From NCBI GenBank assembly GCA_051744345.1, contig JBNJCW010000005.1:1-52409 (forward strand): a stretch of DNA of 52,409 bases, read 5' to 3'. Below are positions 1 to 7,931 of this stretch, piece by piece. This DNA is from Actinomycetota bacterium. GTDB taxonomy: Bacteria > Actinomycetota > Humimicrobiia > Humimicrobiales > Humimicrobiaceae. The position numbers and the translations under genes were made by a program. The notes beneath the pieces were generated by a model. That model worked only from the letters and a program-made list of their open reading frames with translations. It searched no databases and was not told where the DNA came from. The number at the start of each line of letters is the position of its first letter. Position 1 is the stretch's first letter.

Positions 1-11
1 TTAATCTCCAT
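1..11 (-). CDS. 5' end of an unidentified CDS running off the window (M-E-I...)
   Basis: Minus strand AAGGAG (18-23) followed by ATG at 11; only 3 full codons visible. Confidence 0.35.
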
Positions 12-261
12 TTAATACTCCTTATATTACAATACATTATTCAATAAAAGTTAAGTCTTTTCTGGTTATTTTTAATAGGTTTTGGTAGTTATTTAACAAC
101 TGTTAAATCCTCCTTAGTGGTTAAATTGTGGTTGAAAGTACCAGTATTGTAACAAAAGTCATGCCAAATATGTAGGGGAAAAAAATTACTTGTAGTAGTT
201 CAGTGATATTGTCCTGAAGATGTTGTTCAGGGATAAAAAATTACTCCCCTTCTTGTGCATG

Positions 262-1710
262 TCAGTAAGACCGCCTGATATCTGCCTTTTTGCCTGTCAG
301 GGAAATTGCCGCTGAAGCAAAGGCAAGGGCAGCTGCTGTAAGCAATGATAGGCTCAGAGCCCCTTCAAATGCTGGCTGTGTGCCCTCAATTCCCAATTCC
401 TGGTAAGCTTTAAGCAGGGCCTGATACCTTATGGTAAATATGGAACCTGCCAGGCTAACTCCCGTAACCATTCCAATATTCCGCATGGTGGAAATCATCG
501 CTGAAGCGGTTCCCCTCCGATGGAAATCTACCGTGCCCATGATGGTGCTGTTATTGGGGGTTATAAACATCCCGCTTCCCAGCCCCGTTATGGACAGAAA
601 TAGAGCTGTTTTAAAAATTGATGATGCTGCATCCAGGGTGCTTAAAAGGAAAAGGCCCAGACATGCAATAGACATCCCTGTTGCTGTTAGGTACCTGGCC
701 CCTATCTTGTCTGAAATCGCTCCACTGAAAGGAGAGACAGCCATGACTGTTAAGGGAAAAGACATAAGCACCAGCCCTGATGTAGAAGGAATAAGGCCAA
801 GCAGGTCCTGAAGATAGAAAGGCATTATAAGCAGGAATGCGTACTGGGCAGCGTAATATAAAAAAAGTGCGCTATTGCAGGAAGAGAACAGGCGGTTTGA
901 GAAAAGCCCTATATCCATCATGGGGTGTTTCCTTCTCTTCTGAAGCCTTATAAATACTGCCAGAAGAATCAGCCCCGAAAAGAAGGGTAAAACTATCACT
1001 GCTGAGAAAAACCCGTACCTCCGCCCAAGGCTTAATGCAGAAAGTATTGTCGCAAGGGAAAGAAAGAACAGTATGGAGCCCAAAAGGTCAAATTTGGCTC
1101 TGCTGCTGCCCCTGGTTTTGGGTAAAATTATCCTGGAATAGGTAAACCCTGCTGCTGCTATGGGGATGTTTACAATAAATATGGACCTCCAGCCAAAGAA
1201 TGTGGTCAAAAAGCCTCCCAGAAGAGGGCCGGCAGACAGGGCAATATATACGGCTGCCGCCATTAGCCCCAGGTACCTTCCTCTGGATTCAGAGGGGGAG
1301 CAGATAGTTATTATGGCCGGTCCCATGGCCATGAGCATGGCTGCTCCAGCAGCCTGTATTGTCCTGAAAATTATCAGCATAAGAAGTGAAGGAGAAAAGG
1401 CGCATAGGAGGGATCCGGATATAAATACTATAAAGCCGGCATTATAAACTTTTTTATGCCCCAGAAGGTCTCCCAGTCTGCCCAGAACCAGAAGCAGGCT
1501 GGAAATTACCAGAAGGTAGGATATCAGCACCCATTCTACCTGCCCCAGGCCTGTACCGAAGTAGCTGCTTATCCGGGGCAGGGCGATATTTACCATGGAA
1601 GAGTCCAGGGGAGCCATGAAGCTCCCGACGGCTATCGCCGCCAGTATCCTGATCCTCTGGCTGGAGGTCAATCTTTCTCCAAGGCTGTCCTGGCCGGGGG
1701 TCTTTTCCAT
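262..1710 (-). CDS. DHA2 (EmrB/QacA-type) 14-TM MFS efflux transporter
   Basis: Motifs LDSSMVNIALP, GRLGDLLGHKK, GPLLGGFL and WRSIFIVNIP; hydrophobic 482 aa. Confidence 0.92.
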   Translation of the reverse strand: MEKTPGQDSLGERLTSSQRIRILAAIAVGSFMAPLDSSMVNIALPRISSYFGTGLGQVEWVLISYLLVISSLLLVLGRLGDLLGHKKVYNAGFIVFISGSLLCAFSPSLLMLIIFRTIQAAGAAMLMAMGPAIITICSPSESRGRYLGLMAAAVYIALSAGPLLGGFLTTFFGWRSIFIVNIPIAAAGFTYSRIILPKTRGSSRAKFDLLGSILFFLSLATILSALSLGRRYGFFSAVIVLPFFSGLILLAVFIRLQKRRKHPMMDIGLFSNRLFSSCNSALFLYYAAQYAFLLIMPFYLQDLLGLIPSTSGLVLMSFPLTVMAVSPFSGAISDKIGARYLTATGMSIACLGLFLLSTLDAASSIFKTALFLSITGLGSGMFITPNNSTIMGTVDFHRRGTASAMISTMRNIGMVTGVSLAGSIFTIRYQALLKAYQELGIEGTQPAFEGALSLSLLTAAALAFASAAISLTGKKADIRRSY

Positions 1711-1751
1711 AATTATTTAATATTAACATAAGGGGAGATGGAAGATAAATA

Positions 1752-1794
1752 TGTGCTACTTTTACTTGTAAAGGTAGCACAAGAATTATATAAT
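1752..1794 (+). promoter_or_regulatory. sigma70-type promoter with an overlapping palindromic operator (NikR-like)
   Basis: TTGTAA (1766-71) - 17 nt - TATAAT (1789-94); inverted repeat tGTGCTAC-N14-GTAGCACa (1752-1781) brackets the -35 box. Confidence 0.65.
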
Positions 1795-1824
1795 AGGCGG
1801 GTAAATAAAAAGGAGGGGAAAAAT

Positions 1825-2523
1825 ATGGGTTACGGGGACAATATAAATCGGTTGGTAAGTGAGGGTAATCTCGGGGCCCTCCTTGAAAAATCAGCAGAAT
1901 TTCACGGACATATCTGCAGTTTTTCTGCTTATGGAGTAAAGGCGGGATGCTATGCAATGGGCCAGATTGCCCGGCAAAATGAGGGCATGGAAGAGGTGAT
2001 GGCTATAGTGGAGACCAATAACTGTTTCAGTGACGGCATACAGGTAGTAACCGGCTGCACCTTTGGCAATAATGCCCTGGTTTTTAAAGATTTGGGAAAG
2101 ACGGCGGTAACAGTAGCCGGCCGCAAAAGCGGCCGGGCGGTAAGGCTGGCCTTAAGGAAGGATTACTGGGATTCAAGAAAAGAAGTATATCCAAGGGTTT
2201 TTGAGCTTTTTGAAAAGATTGTGGCTAAAAGAAAAGAGGCAGAGCCTTCGGAGCGGCAGGAATTTTTCTCCCTGGCTGAAGAGATGGCAAGAAAAGAGAT
2301 GCAGGTCCCGGAGGCAGATATGTTTGATATCAGGAAGCAAAAAATAGAGGTTCCCGGTTATGCCCCTATACATGATTCTGTTACCTGCAGCATATGCGGG
2401 GAGTCTGTTATGGAGACCAGGGCCAGGATAAAGGAGCAGGAGCCTGCATGCATCAGCTGCATGGGGGGCGCCTATTTTTATATGGACGGTTTTGGCATCG
2501 GCTATAAGGGGGGAGGCAGTTAG
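1825..2523 (+). CDS. FmdE-family protein with C-terminal zinc finger
   Basis: FHGHIC, ETNNCFSDGIQVVTGCTFG, CSICGE...CISC; start moved to ATG 1825 behind an AGGAGG SD and downstream of the promoter. Confidence 0.88.
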   Translation: MGYGDNINRLVSEGNLGALLEKSAEFHGHICSFSAYGVKAGCYAMGQIARQNEGMEEVMAIVETNNCFSDGIQVVTGCTFGNNALVFKDLGKTAVTVAGRKSGRAVRLALRKDYWDSRKEVYPRVFELFEKIVAKRKEAEPSERQEFFSLAEEMARKEMQVPEADMFDIRKQKIEVPGYAPIHDSVTCSICGESVMETRARIKEQEPACISCMGGAYFYMDGFGIGYKGGGS

Positions 2524-2524
2524 G

Positions 2525-4084
2525 GTGAGGAAAATCATTACTGTTCTGCTGGCAGCCCTGCTGGCTTTTGCCTTTTCCTGCAGCCCGCAGGCCGGCGGCC
2601 CAGGGGATATGATAAAAATAGGCGATGAGACCGGTGACTGGGGTTTTCCCTCTCCCTACGGGATGTATCCTCGGGGGCCCGGTTATATAAGGATGTCCCT
2701 TTTGTTTGATACCCTGGTATGGAAAGACAGAGGTGGAAAGACAATACCCATGCTTGCAGAAAGCTGGGATTATGAGAGCAGTGATAATTCATTTACATTT
2801 ATTTTAAGAGAGGGTGTAAGGTGGCATGACGGGAAGGTATTTGATGCTTCAGATGTTGCCTTTACCTTTAATTATATAAAAGAGCATCCCTGGGTATGGG
2901 TAGATTCAGCCATAATAGAGGGGGCAGAAAGGGTAGATGATTACAAGGTAGTGGTATATATTGCTGAAAACTACGCCCCGTTTCTTAATAATATTGCCGG
3001 CACACTTCCCATCTTGCCCGAACATGTGTGGAGCAGTGTAGATGAGCCCCTCTCCTACAGCCAGGATGATGCGCTGATAGGTACCGGGCCCTTCATATTA
3101 AAGGATTACAGCAGCCAGGAAGGCTCCTATTTGTACGGGGCTAATGAAGACTATTACCTTGGGGAGGTTAACATCAGCCAGCTTGCATTCATAAAGGTTT
3201 CTTCCCAGACCATGCCTGCCATGCTTAGGTCAGGAGAAATAGATGCCGGTTCCATACCCCCGGATGCAGCAGGCCAGATGGGTAAGGAACTTGAGGTAGA
3301 AGAGGAGCCTCCTGTTTGGGCAGCCAAACTGATTTTAAACCACCACAGCAATGAACTGCTGGCGGACAGGTCATTCCGGCAGGCCTTAGCTTATGCTGTT
3401 GACCTTGAACAGATTGTAGGGATCTCCCAGAGGGGCTTTGCGGCCGGGGGAAGTGCAGGGCTGGTTCCTCCTGCTAACAGCGAATGGTACAACGGAGATG
3501 TTCCCAGCTATCCCTACGATCCTGGCAGGGCGGAAGAGATTATAGAGGAATTTGGATTTGAAAAAGGTCAGGATGGATACTACCGAAAAGAGGGCGCTAT
3601 CATGGAATTTGAACTAGCGGTAAGCCAGGGGAACTTTGAAAGGGATGCCCAGGTTATAAAGGATAATCTGGAGAAAGCAGGGATAAAAATAGATCTGGTA
3701 AGTTATGAGGCAAAAACCCTGGACAACAAGGTTGAGAGCTGGGACTTTGATATGGCTATCAGCGGCCATGGGGGGCTGGGAGGAGATCCCGAATCACTGA
3801 ACCGGGTCATAATCGGCGATAATTTTAACAGCGTCCGTTATTTTGAAGATGAAAGGCTGGTAGAGCTGCTCAAGCTGCAGGTAGGGGAAATGGATGAGCA
3901 GAGAAGGCTGGAGATGGTGCACCGGATACAGGAAATATATGCAAGGGAGCTTCCCTCCATAACCCTTTATTACCCTAAATGGTACTGGGCCCATACCCGG
4001 GATGCTGATATCTATTACACCCCCGGCGGGATTGCTTTAGGCATTCCTGTTCCTGTAAACAAGATTGCGTTTGTGGACAGGTGA
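2525..4084 (+). CDS. ABC transporter substrate-binding lipoprotein, peptide/nickel family (SBP_bac_5)
   Basis: Lipobox-like AFSC, LAESW, WHDGKVFDASDVAFT, GTGPF; GTG 2525 behind GGAGG is the likely start. Confidence 0.9.
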   Translation: MRKIITVLLAALLAFAFSCSPQAGGPGDMIKIGDETGDWGFPSPYGMYPRGPGYIRMSLLFDTLVWKDRGGKTIPMLAESWDYESSDNSFTFILREGVRWHDGKVFDASDVAFTFNYIKEHPWVWVDSAIIEGAERVDDYKVVVYIAENYAPFLNNIAGTLPILPEHVWSSVDEPLSYSQDDALIGTGPFILKDYSSQEGSYLYGANEDYYLGEVNISQLAFIKVSSQTMPAMLRSGEIDAGSIPPDAAGQMGKELEVEEEPPVWAAKLILNHHSNELLADRSFRQALAYAVDLEQIVGISQRGFAAGGSAGLVPPANSEWYNGDVPSYPYDPGRAEEIIEEFGFEKGQDGYYRKEGAIMEFELAVSQGNFERDAQVIKDNLEKAGIKIDLVSYEAKTLDNKVESWDFDMAISGHGGLGGDPESLNRVIIGDNFNSVRYFEDERLVELLKLQVGEMDEQRRLEMVHRIQEIYARELPSITLYYPKWYWAHTRDADIYYTPGGIALGIPVPVNKIAFVDR

Positions 4085-4085
4085 T

Positions 4086-5054
4086 ATGAGAAAAAGGTGG
4101 CTAAACTACATCATTGCTTTCTTTATAGTAATTACCATAAACTTTGTGGTGCCCCGGCTGCTGCCCGGGGATCCGCTCACTGCCATTTACGGCGGTGAGG
4201 TAATGGTTAACCTTACTGAAGAAACAGAAGCTTACCTTTCGGGTTTATACGGGCTGGACAAACCGCTTATAAGCCAGTATTTTTCATACATTTCCTCTAT
4301 TTTCAGAGGCCAGCTGGGTTACTCTTTCTACCACAAGAGGCCGGTAGCCGATGTTTTGCTCGCCCGGTTCCCCTATACCATCCTTCTTATGGGCCTGGCC
4401 ATGATAATATCAAATATTTTAGCGGTTATCCTGGGCATAGAGTCGGGTTGGAGGAGGGGAAGGAAGGTCGACCGGTTTATACTTTTTTCAGTTATTTTTG
4501 CCTCCAGCTTCCCCAGCTTTTTTATAGGGGTTGTGTTTTTGATAGTATTCGGGGTGATTTTACAAGTTCTTCCCTTTCAGGGAGCCAGGGCTGCATATTC
4601 GGGATTGGCCGGTTTGGGCCTTTCCGTTGATTTTTTGAGGCACTTGGTACTGCCCCTGCTGAGCCTGATTTTTGTGTTTATACCCTCCAGCTACCTCCTG
4701 GTAAGAAATTCCATGATATCCAACCTGAAAGAGCCCTATATAATGCTTGCCCGGGCAAAAGGCATAGGGGATGGGCGAATCAGGTATATGCATGCCGGAA
4801 GAAACTCACTGATACCTGTGGCTACCCAGGCAGGGATAAGGCTGGGAACCAGGCTGGTTACCGGAGCCCTGTTTGTTGAGATTGTGTTTTCCTATCCGGG
4901 CATGGGAAGCCTCATACACAATTCCATACTCAACCGGGATTACCCGGTGGTCCAGGGAAGCCTGTTGTTTGTGGCCCTGCTGGTGCTGGCAATAAATTTC
5001 TTTATGGACCTTTTTTATGTAAAGATTGACCCTAGGATTGAGTATGCATATTAG
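4086..5054 (+). CDS. ABC permease (OppB/NikB-like)
   Basis: PRLLPGDP, YGLDKPLISQY, EAA-loop ARAKG, RDYPVVQG. Confidence 0.9.
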   Translation: MRKRWLNYIIAFFIVITINFVVPRLLPGDPLTAIYGGEVMVNLTEETEAYLSGLYGLDKPLISQYFSYISSIFRGQLGYSFYHKRPVADVLLARFPYTILLMGLAMIISNILAVILGIESGWRRGRKVDRFILFSVIFASSFPSFFIGVVFLIVFGVILQVLPFQGARAAYSGLAGLGLSVDFLRHLVLPLLSLIFVFIPSSYLLVRNSMISNLKEPYIMLARAKGIGDGRIRYMHAGRNSLIPVATQAGIRLGTRLVTGALFVEIVFSYPGMGSLIHNSILNRDYPVVQGSLLFVALLVLAINFFMDLFYVKIDPRIEYAY

Positions 5055-5877
5055 CATCAAGAAGAATTTTAAGGATAACCGGGCAGCCCAGGTGGGCCTG
5101 GCTGTGTTTGTGCTGCTTTTTTTATTTGCCTTACTCGCTCCCATATTTGTAAGTGATCCCCGGGAGTTTAGCAAATCAATACTTGCCGGACCCAGCATGG
5201 ATAATATACTGGGTACCAATGACCTGGGCCAGGATATCTTTTCCAGGCTGATTTACGGGCTGAGGACTTCCATGTTTGTTTCTATGGGCGTGGGGGTATT
5301 GGCTACCTCCATAAGCGTGGCTGTAGGGGTTGCTGCCGGATTTACGGGGGGATGGATTGATGAGGCTCTAATGAGGTTTATAGATGCTATGCTGGTTATA
5401 CCTTCAATAATATTGCTGATACTTATATCAGCATTTATCAAACCCGGCCTTATTGTATTGATAGTGCTGATATCCCTGCTGCACTGGCAGGGAGGGGCCA
5501 GGATTATCAGGGGCCAGACCCTTGCCTTAAAGCAGAGGGTACATATATCCTCAGCTAAAACTTTCGGGGCAAAAAAAGCATATGTGCTGGCCAGGCATAT
5601 AATACCTGATCTGGGGAATATAATAATGGCCTCGTTTCTGCATAATGCCCGTTCAGCTGTTTTCCTGGAGGCAGGGCTGGCCTTTATAGGGATATCCAGC
5701 CTTGCTTCCATAAGCCTGGGGACCATAATGTATAATGCCTTTAAATTTTATTATATGCCTGTGTGGTTGTGGTGGCTGGTGCCTGCTGGCATAATGCTTT
5801 CTTTGATTCTGCTTTCTTTTACCCTGCTTGCCAATTTAATGGAAAAGATAATAGATCCGAGGCTAAGGGATGCTTAA
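5044..5877 (+). CDS. ABC permease (OppC/NikC-like)
   Basis: LGTNDLGQDIFSRLIYG, AKTFGA, HIIP, DPRLR. Confidence 0.9.
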   Translation: MHISIKKNFKDNRAAQVGLAVFVLLFLFALLAPIFVSDPREFSKSILAGPSMDNILGTNDLGQDIFSRLIYGLRTSMFVSMGVGVLATSISVAVGVAAGFTGGWIDEALMRFIDAMLVIPSIILLILISAFIKPGLIVLIVLISLLHWQGGARIIRGQTLALKQRVHISSAKTFGAKKAYVLARHIIPDLGNIIMASFLHNARSAVFLEAGLAFIGISSLASISLGTIMYNAFKFYYMPVWLWWLVPAGIMLSLILLSFTLLANLMEKIIDPRLRDA

Positions 5878-7459
5878 AGTAAATAATTTAAATGCTTTCT
5901 ACGGGAAAAAGAACATACTCAGAGGTTTAAGTTTTGAGGCAGAGAAAGGCGATATTATCTCGGTGGTGGGGGAGTCAGGAACGGGGAAAACTACCCTTGC
6001 CCTGAGCCTTATGGGTATGCTGCCCTCCCAGTCTGCTGATGCCAGAGTATCCGGACAGATCTTGTTCGGGGGCATGGATATCTGCAGGGCAAACCAGCAG
6101 CAGCTAAGGCAGATAAGATGGAAAAAAATCTCCATGGTGTTCCAGAACGTGGACAATATATTAAACCCATCCATGAGTATATACCAACAGATAGGGGAGG
6201 TATTGGACGGCAAGGATAACAGGGGGAAAATAAAGGGCATGCTGGAAACGGTAGGCTTTCCCCTGCAGAGGCTGGACGCCTACCCCCACCAGCTGAGCAT
6301 GGGGGAAAAGCAAAAGGCATTGGTAGCCATGGCCTATATCCTTGATCCGGAGCTGGTTATACTTGACGAGCCTACCTCCTCACTGGACCAGGAGGCAAAG
6401 GACAGCTTGATTGAAGTAATCAAAAGATTGAGCCTGGGAAAGACGGTGCTGCTGGTAACCCATGACCTTGATACCGCCGGAAAACTTGCCAGAAAAAGCA
6501 TGGTGCTTTACGGGGGAAGCATTATTGAATTTGGCCCTACAAAGGATTTGTTTTCCTTTCCCCGGCATCCCTATACCCGGGGGCTGGTAAGGTCCTACCC
6601 TTCCCTGGAGCGCACCAAGGACCTTCAGGGCATAAGGGGAAAACCTGAATTTGTTAATGCGGGATGCCCCTTCTGGCCCAGGTGCACCCAATCTATTGAA
6701 GTCTGCAGAATCTCCAAGCCTCCGCTTTTAGGGAAGGGGGATTTAAAGGTGGCCTGCCACCGGGGAGGTATTATCCCCCTGCTAAAAGTAGAAAATATAA
6801 GCAAAAGCTACCGGGGCTTAAAGGTTCTGCAGTCAGTAGGATTGAAAGTCTATGAAGGGGAGACAGTAACCCTTCTGGGAAAGAGCGGCTCTGGGAAAAC
6901 CACTCTGGCCAAAATAATTATGGGCCTCTTGAGGGCTGATTCGGGCAGGGTATACCTGGAGAATAAAAAAGTTGAGCGGTGGGATGCCGGCTTCTACAGC
7001 AGGGTACAGATGATTTTTCAGGATGTAAGGTCTGCGGTTTCCCACCGATTGAATGTAGTGGAGGCAGTAACAGAGCCTCTGCTGGTACAGGCAAAGGCAG
7101 ACAGAAAGAAGATGGCAGAAGAGGTAAAGAAAGTACTGGCTGAGGTTGAGCTTCCTACAGATGAACAGTTTCTTCATTCCTACCCCCACCACTTGAGCGG
7201 AGGAGAGCTTCAAAGGGTGGTTATAGCCAGGGCTCTGGTGCTGTCCCCAAAACTTATAATTGCTGATGAGCCCACATCTTCCCTGGATGCCAGCATCCAG
7301 GCCAAAGTGTTAAAACTGCTTAACCGCATCCAGGAAGAAAGGGGGCTGGGCATGCTGTTTATTACCCATGACCTGGGGGTGGCAAGGAAGGTAAGCGACA
7401 GGATTTTAAGGCTGGAGAGAGGATTTGCAATAAAAGGAAAGGCTGCATTAAATGGATAA
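5870..7459 (+). CDS. Fused double ABC ATPase (OppD/F, NikD/E-like)
   Basis: Two Walker A (GESGTGKT, GKSGSGKT), two DEPT Walker B, and the GCPF..RC..C..CH oligopeptide-ATPase motif between them. Confidence 0.92.
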   Translation: MLKVNNLNAFYGKKNILRGLSFEAEKGDIISVVGESGTGKTTLALSLMGMLPSQSADARVSGQILFGGMDICRANQQQLRQIRWKKISMVFQNVDNILNPSMSIYQQIGEVLDGKDNRGKIKGMLETVGFPLQRLDAYPHQLSMGEKQKALVAMAYILDPELVILDEPTSSLDQEAKDSLIEVIKRLSLGKTVLLVTHDLDTAGKLARKSMVLYGGSIIEFGPTKDLFSFPRHPYTRGLVRSYPSLERTKDLQGIRGKPEFVNAGCPFWPRCTQSIEVCRISKPPLLGKGDLKVACHRGGIIPLLKVENISKSYRGLKVLQSVGLKVYEGETVTLLGKSGSGKTTLAKIIMGLLRADSGRVYLENKKVERWDAGFYSRVQMIFQDVRSAVSHRLNVVEAVTEPLLVQAKADRKKMAEEVKKVLAEVELPTDEQFLHSYPHHLSGGELQRVVIARALVLSPKLIIADEPTSSLDASIQAKVLKLLNRIQEERGLGMLFITHDLGVARKVSDRILRLERGFAIKGKAALNG

Positions 7460-7859
7460 ATACAGTATAAGCCCCATCGGGAAAATAAGAACCCCTTTCA
7501 AGCAAAGGGGAAAGACTCCCCGCCAGGCTGCTTATTCTAAAGGGGCAGTGGGTACCATTGAAATATATGAGGAGTACAGGCCGGGGCTGGAGGGGCTAAA
7601 AAAATATGAGTATGTCATTGTGCTTTTTTATTTTGACCGGCAGCAGGGCTACAGCCTTACCGCCAGGCCTCCGGGAGCGGAGGAGCCCAGGGGAGTATTT
7701 GCCACCAGGTCTCCCCGCAGGCCCAACCACATAGGGGTGTCGGTGGTTAAACTGCTTGAAGTGGAAGGCAATTTGCTTAAGGTAAAGGGTATTGATATGC
7801 TGGACGGCACCCCCGTAATAGATATAAAGCCTTATGTGGGGGATCTGGATAACCGGTAA
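7452..7859 (+). CDS. tsaA: TsaA/TrmO (YaeB)-like SAM-binding protein, short single-domain form
   Basis: GVFATRSPRRPNHIG and DGTPVIDIKPY motifs. Confidence 0.85.
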   Translation: MDKYSISPIGKIRTPFKQRGKTPRQAAYSKGAVGTIEIYEEYRPGLEGLKKYEYVIVLFYFDRQQGYSLTARPPGAEEPRGVFATRSPRRPNHIGVSVVKLLEVEGNLLKVKGIDMLDGTPVIDIKPYVGDLDNR

Positions 7860-7879
7860 TTTTACTGCCGTTACTTTTT

Positions 7880-7916
7880 AAAAAAAAGAAGCGCAGGAAT
7901 TTAAGCCCTGCGCTTC
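7880..7916 (-). terminator. Intrinsic terminator of the PFOR operon
   Basis: Stem GAAGCGCAGG / CCTGCGCTTC (7888-7916) with A8 run at 7880-7887 (U-tract on minus strand), between convergent genes. Confidence 0.8.
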
Positions 7917-7931
7917 GGCATTCCTTAGCTG

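Noticed and set aside
1738-1824. N-terminal extension of the FmdE ORF from ATG 1738
   Set aside because: It spans the promoter and operator; the strong SD sits before ATG 1825.
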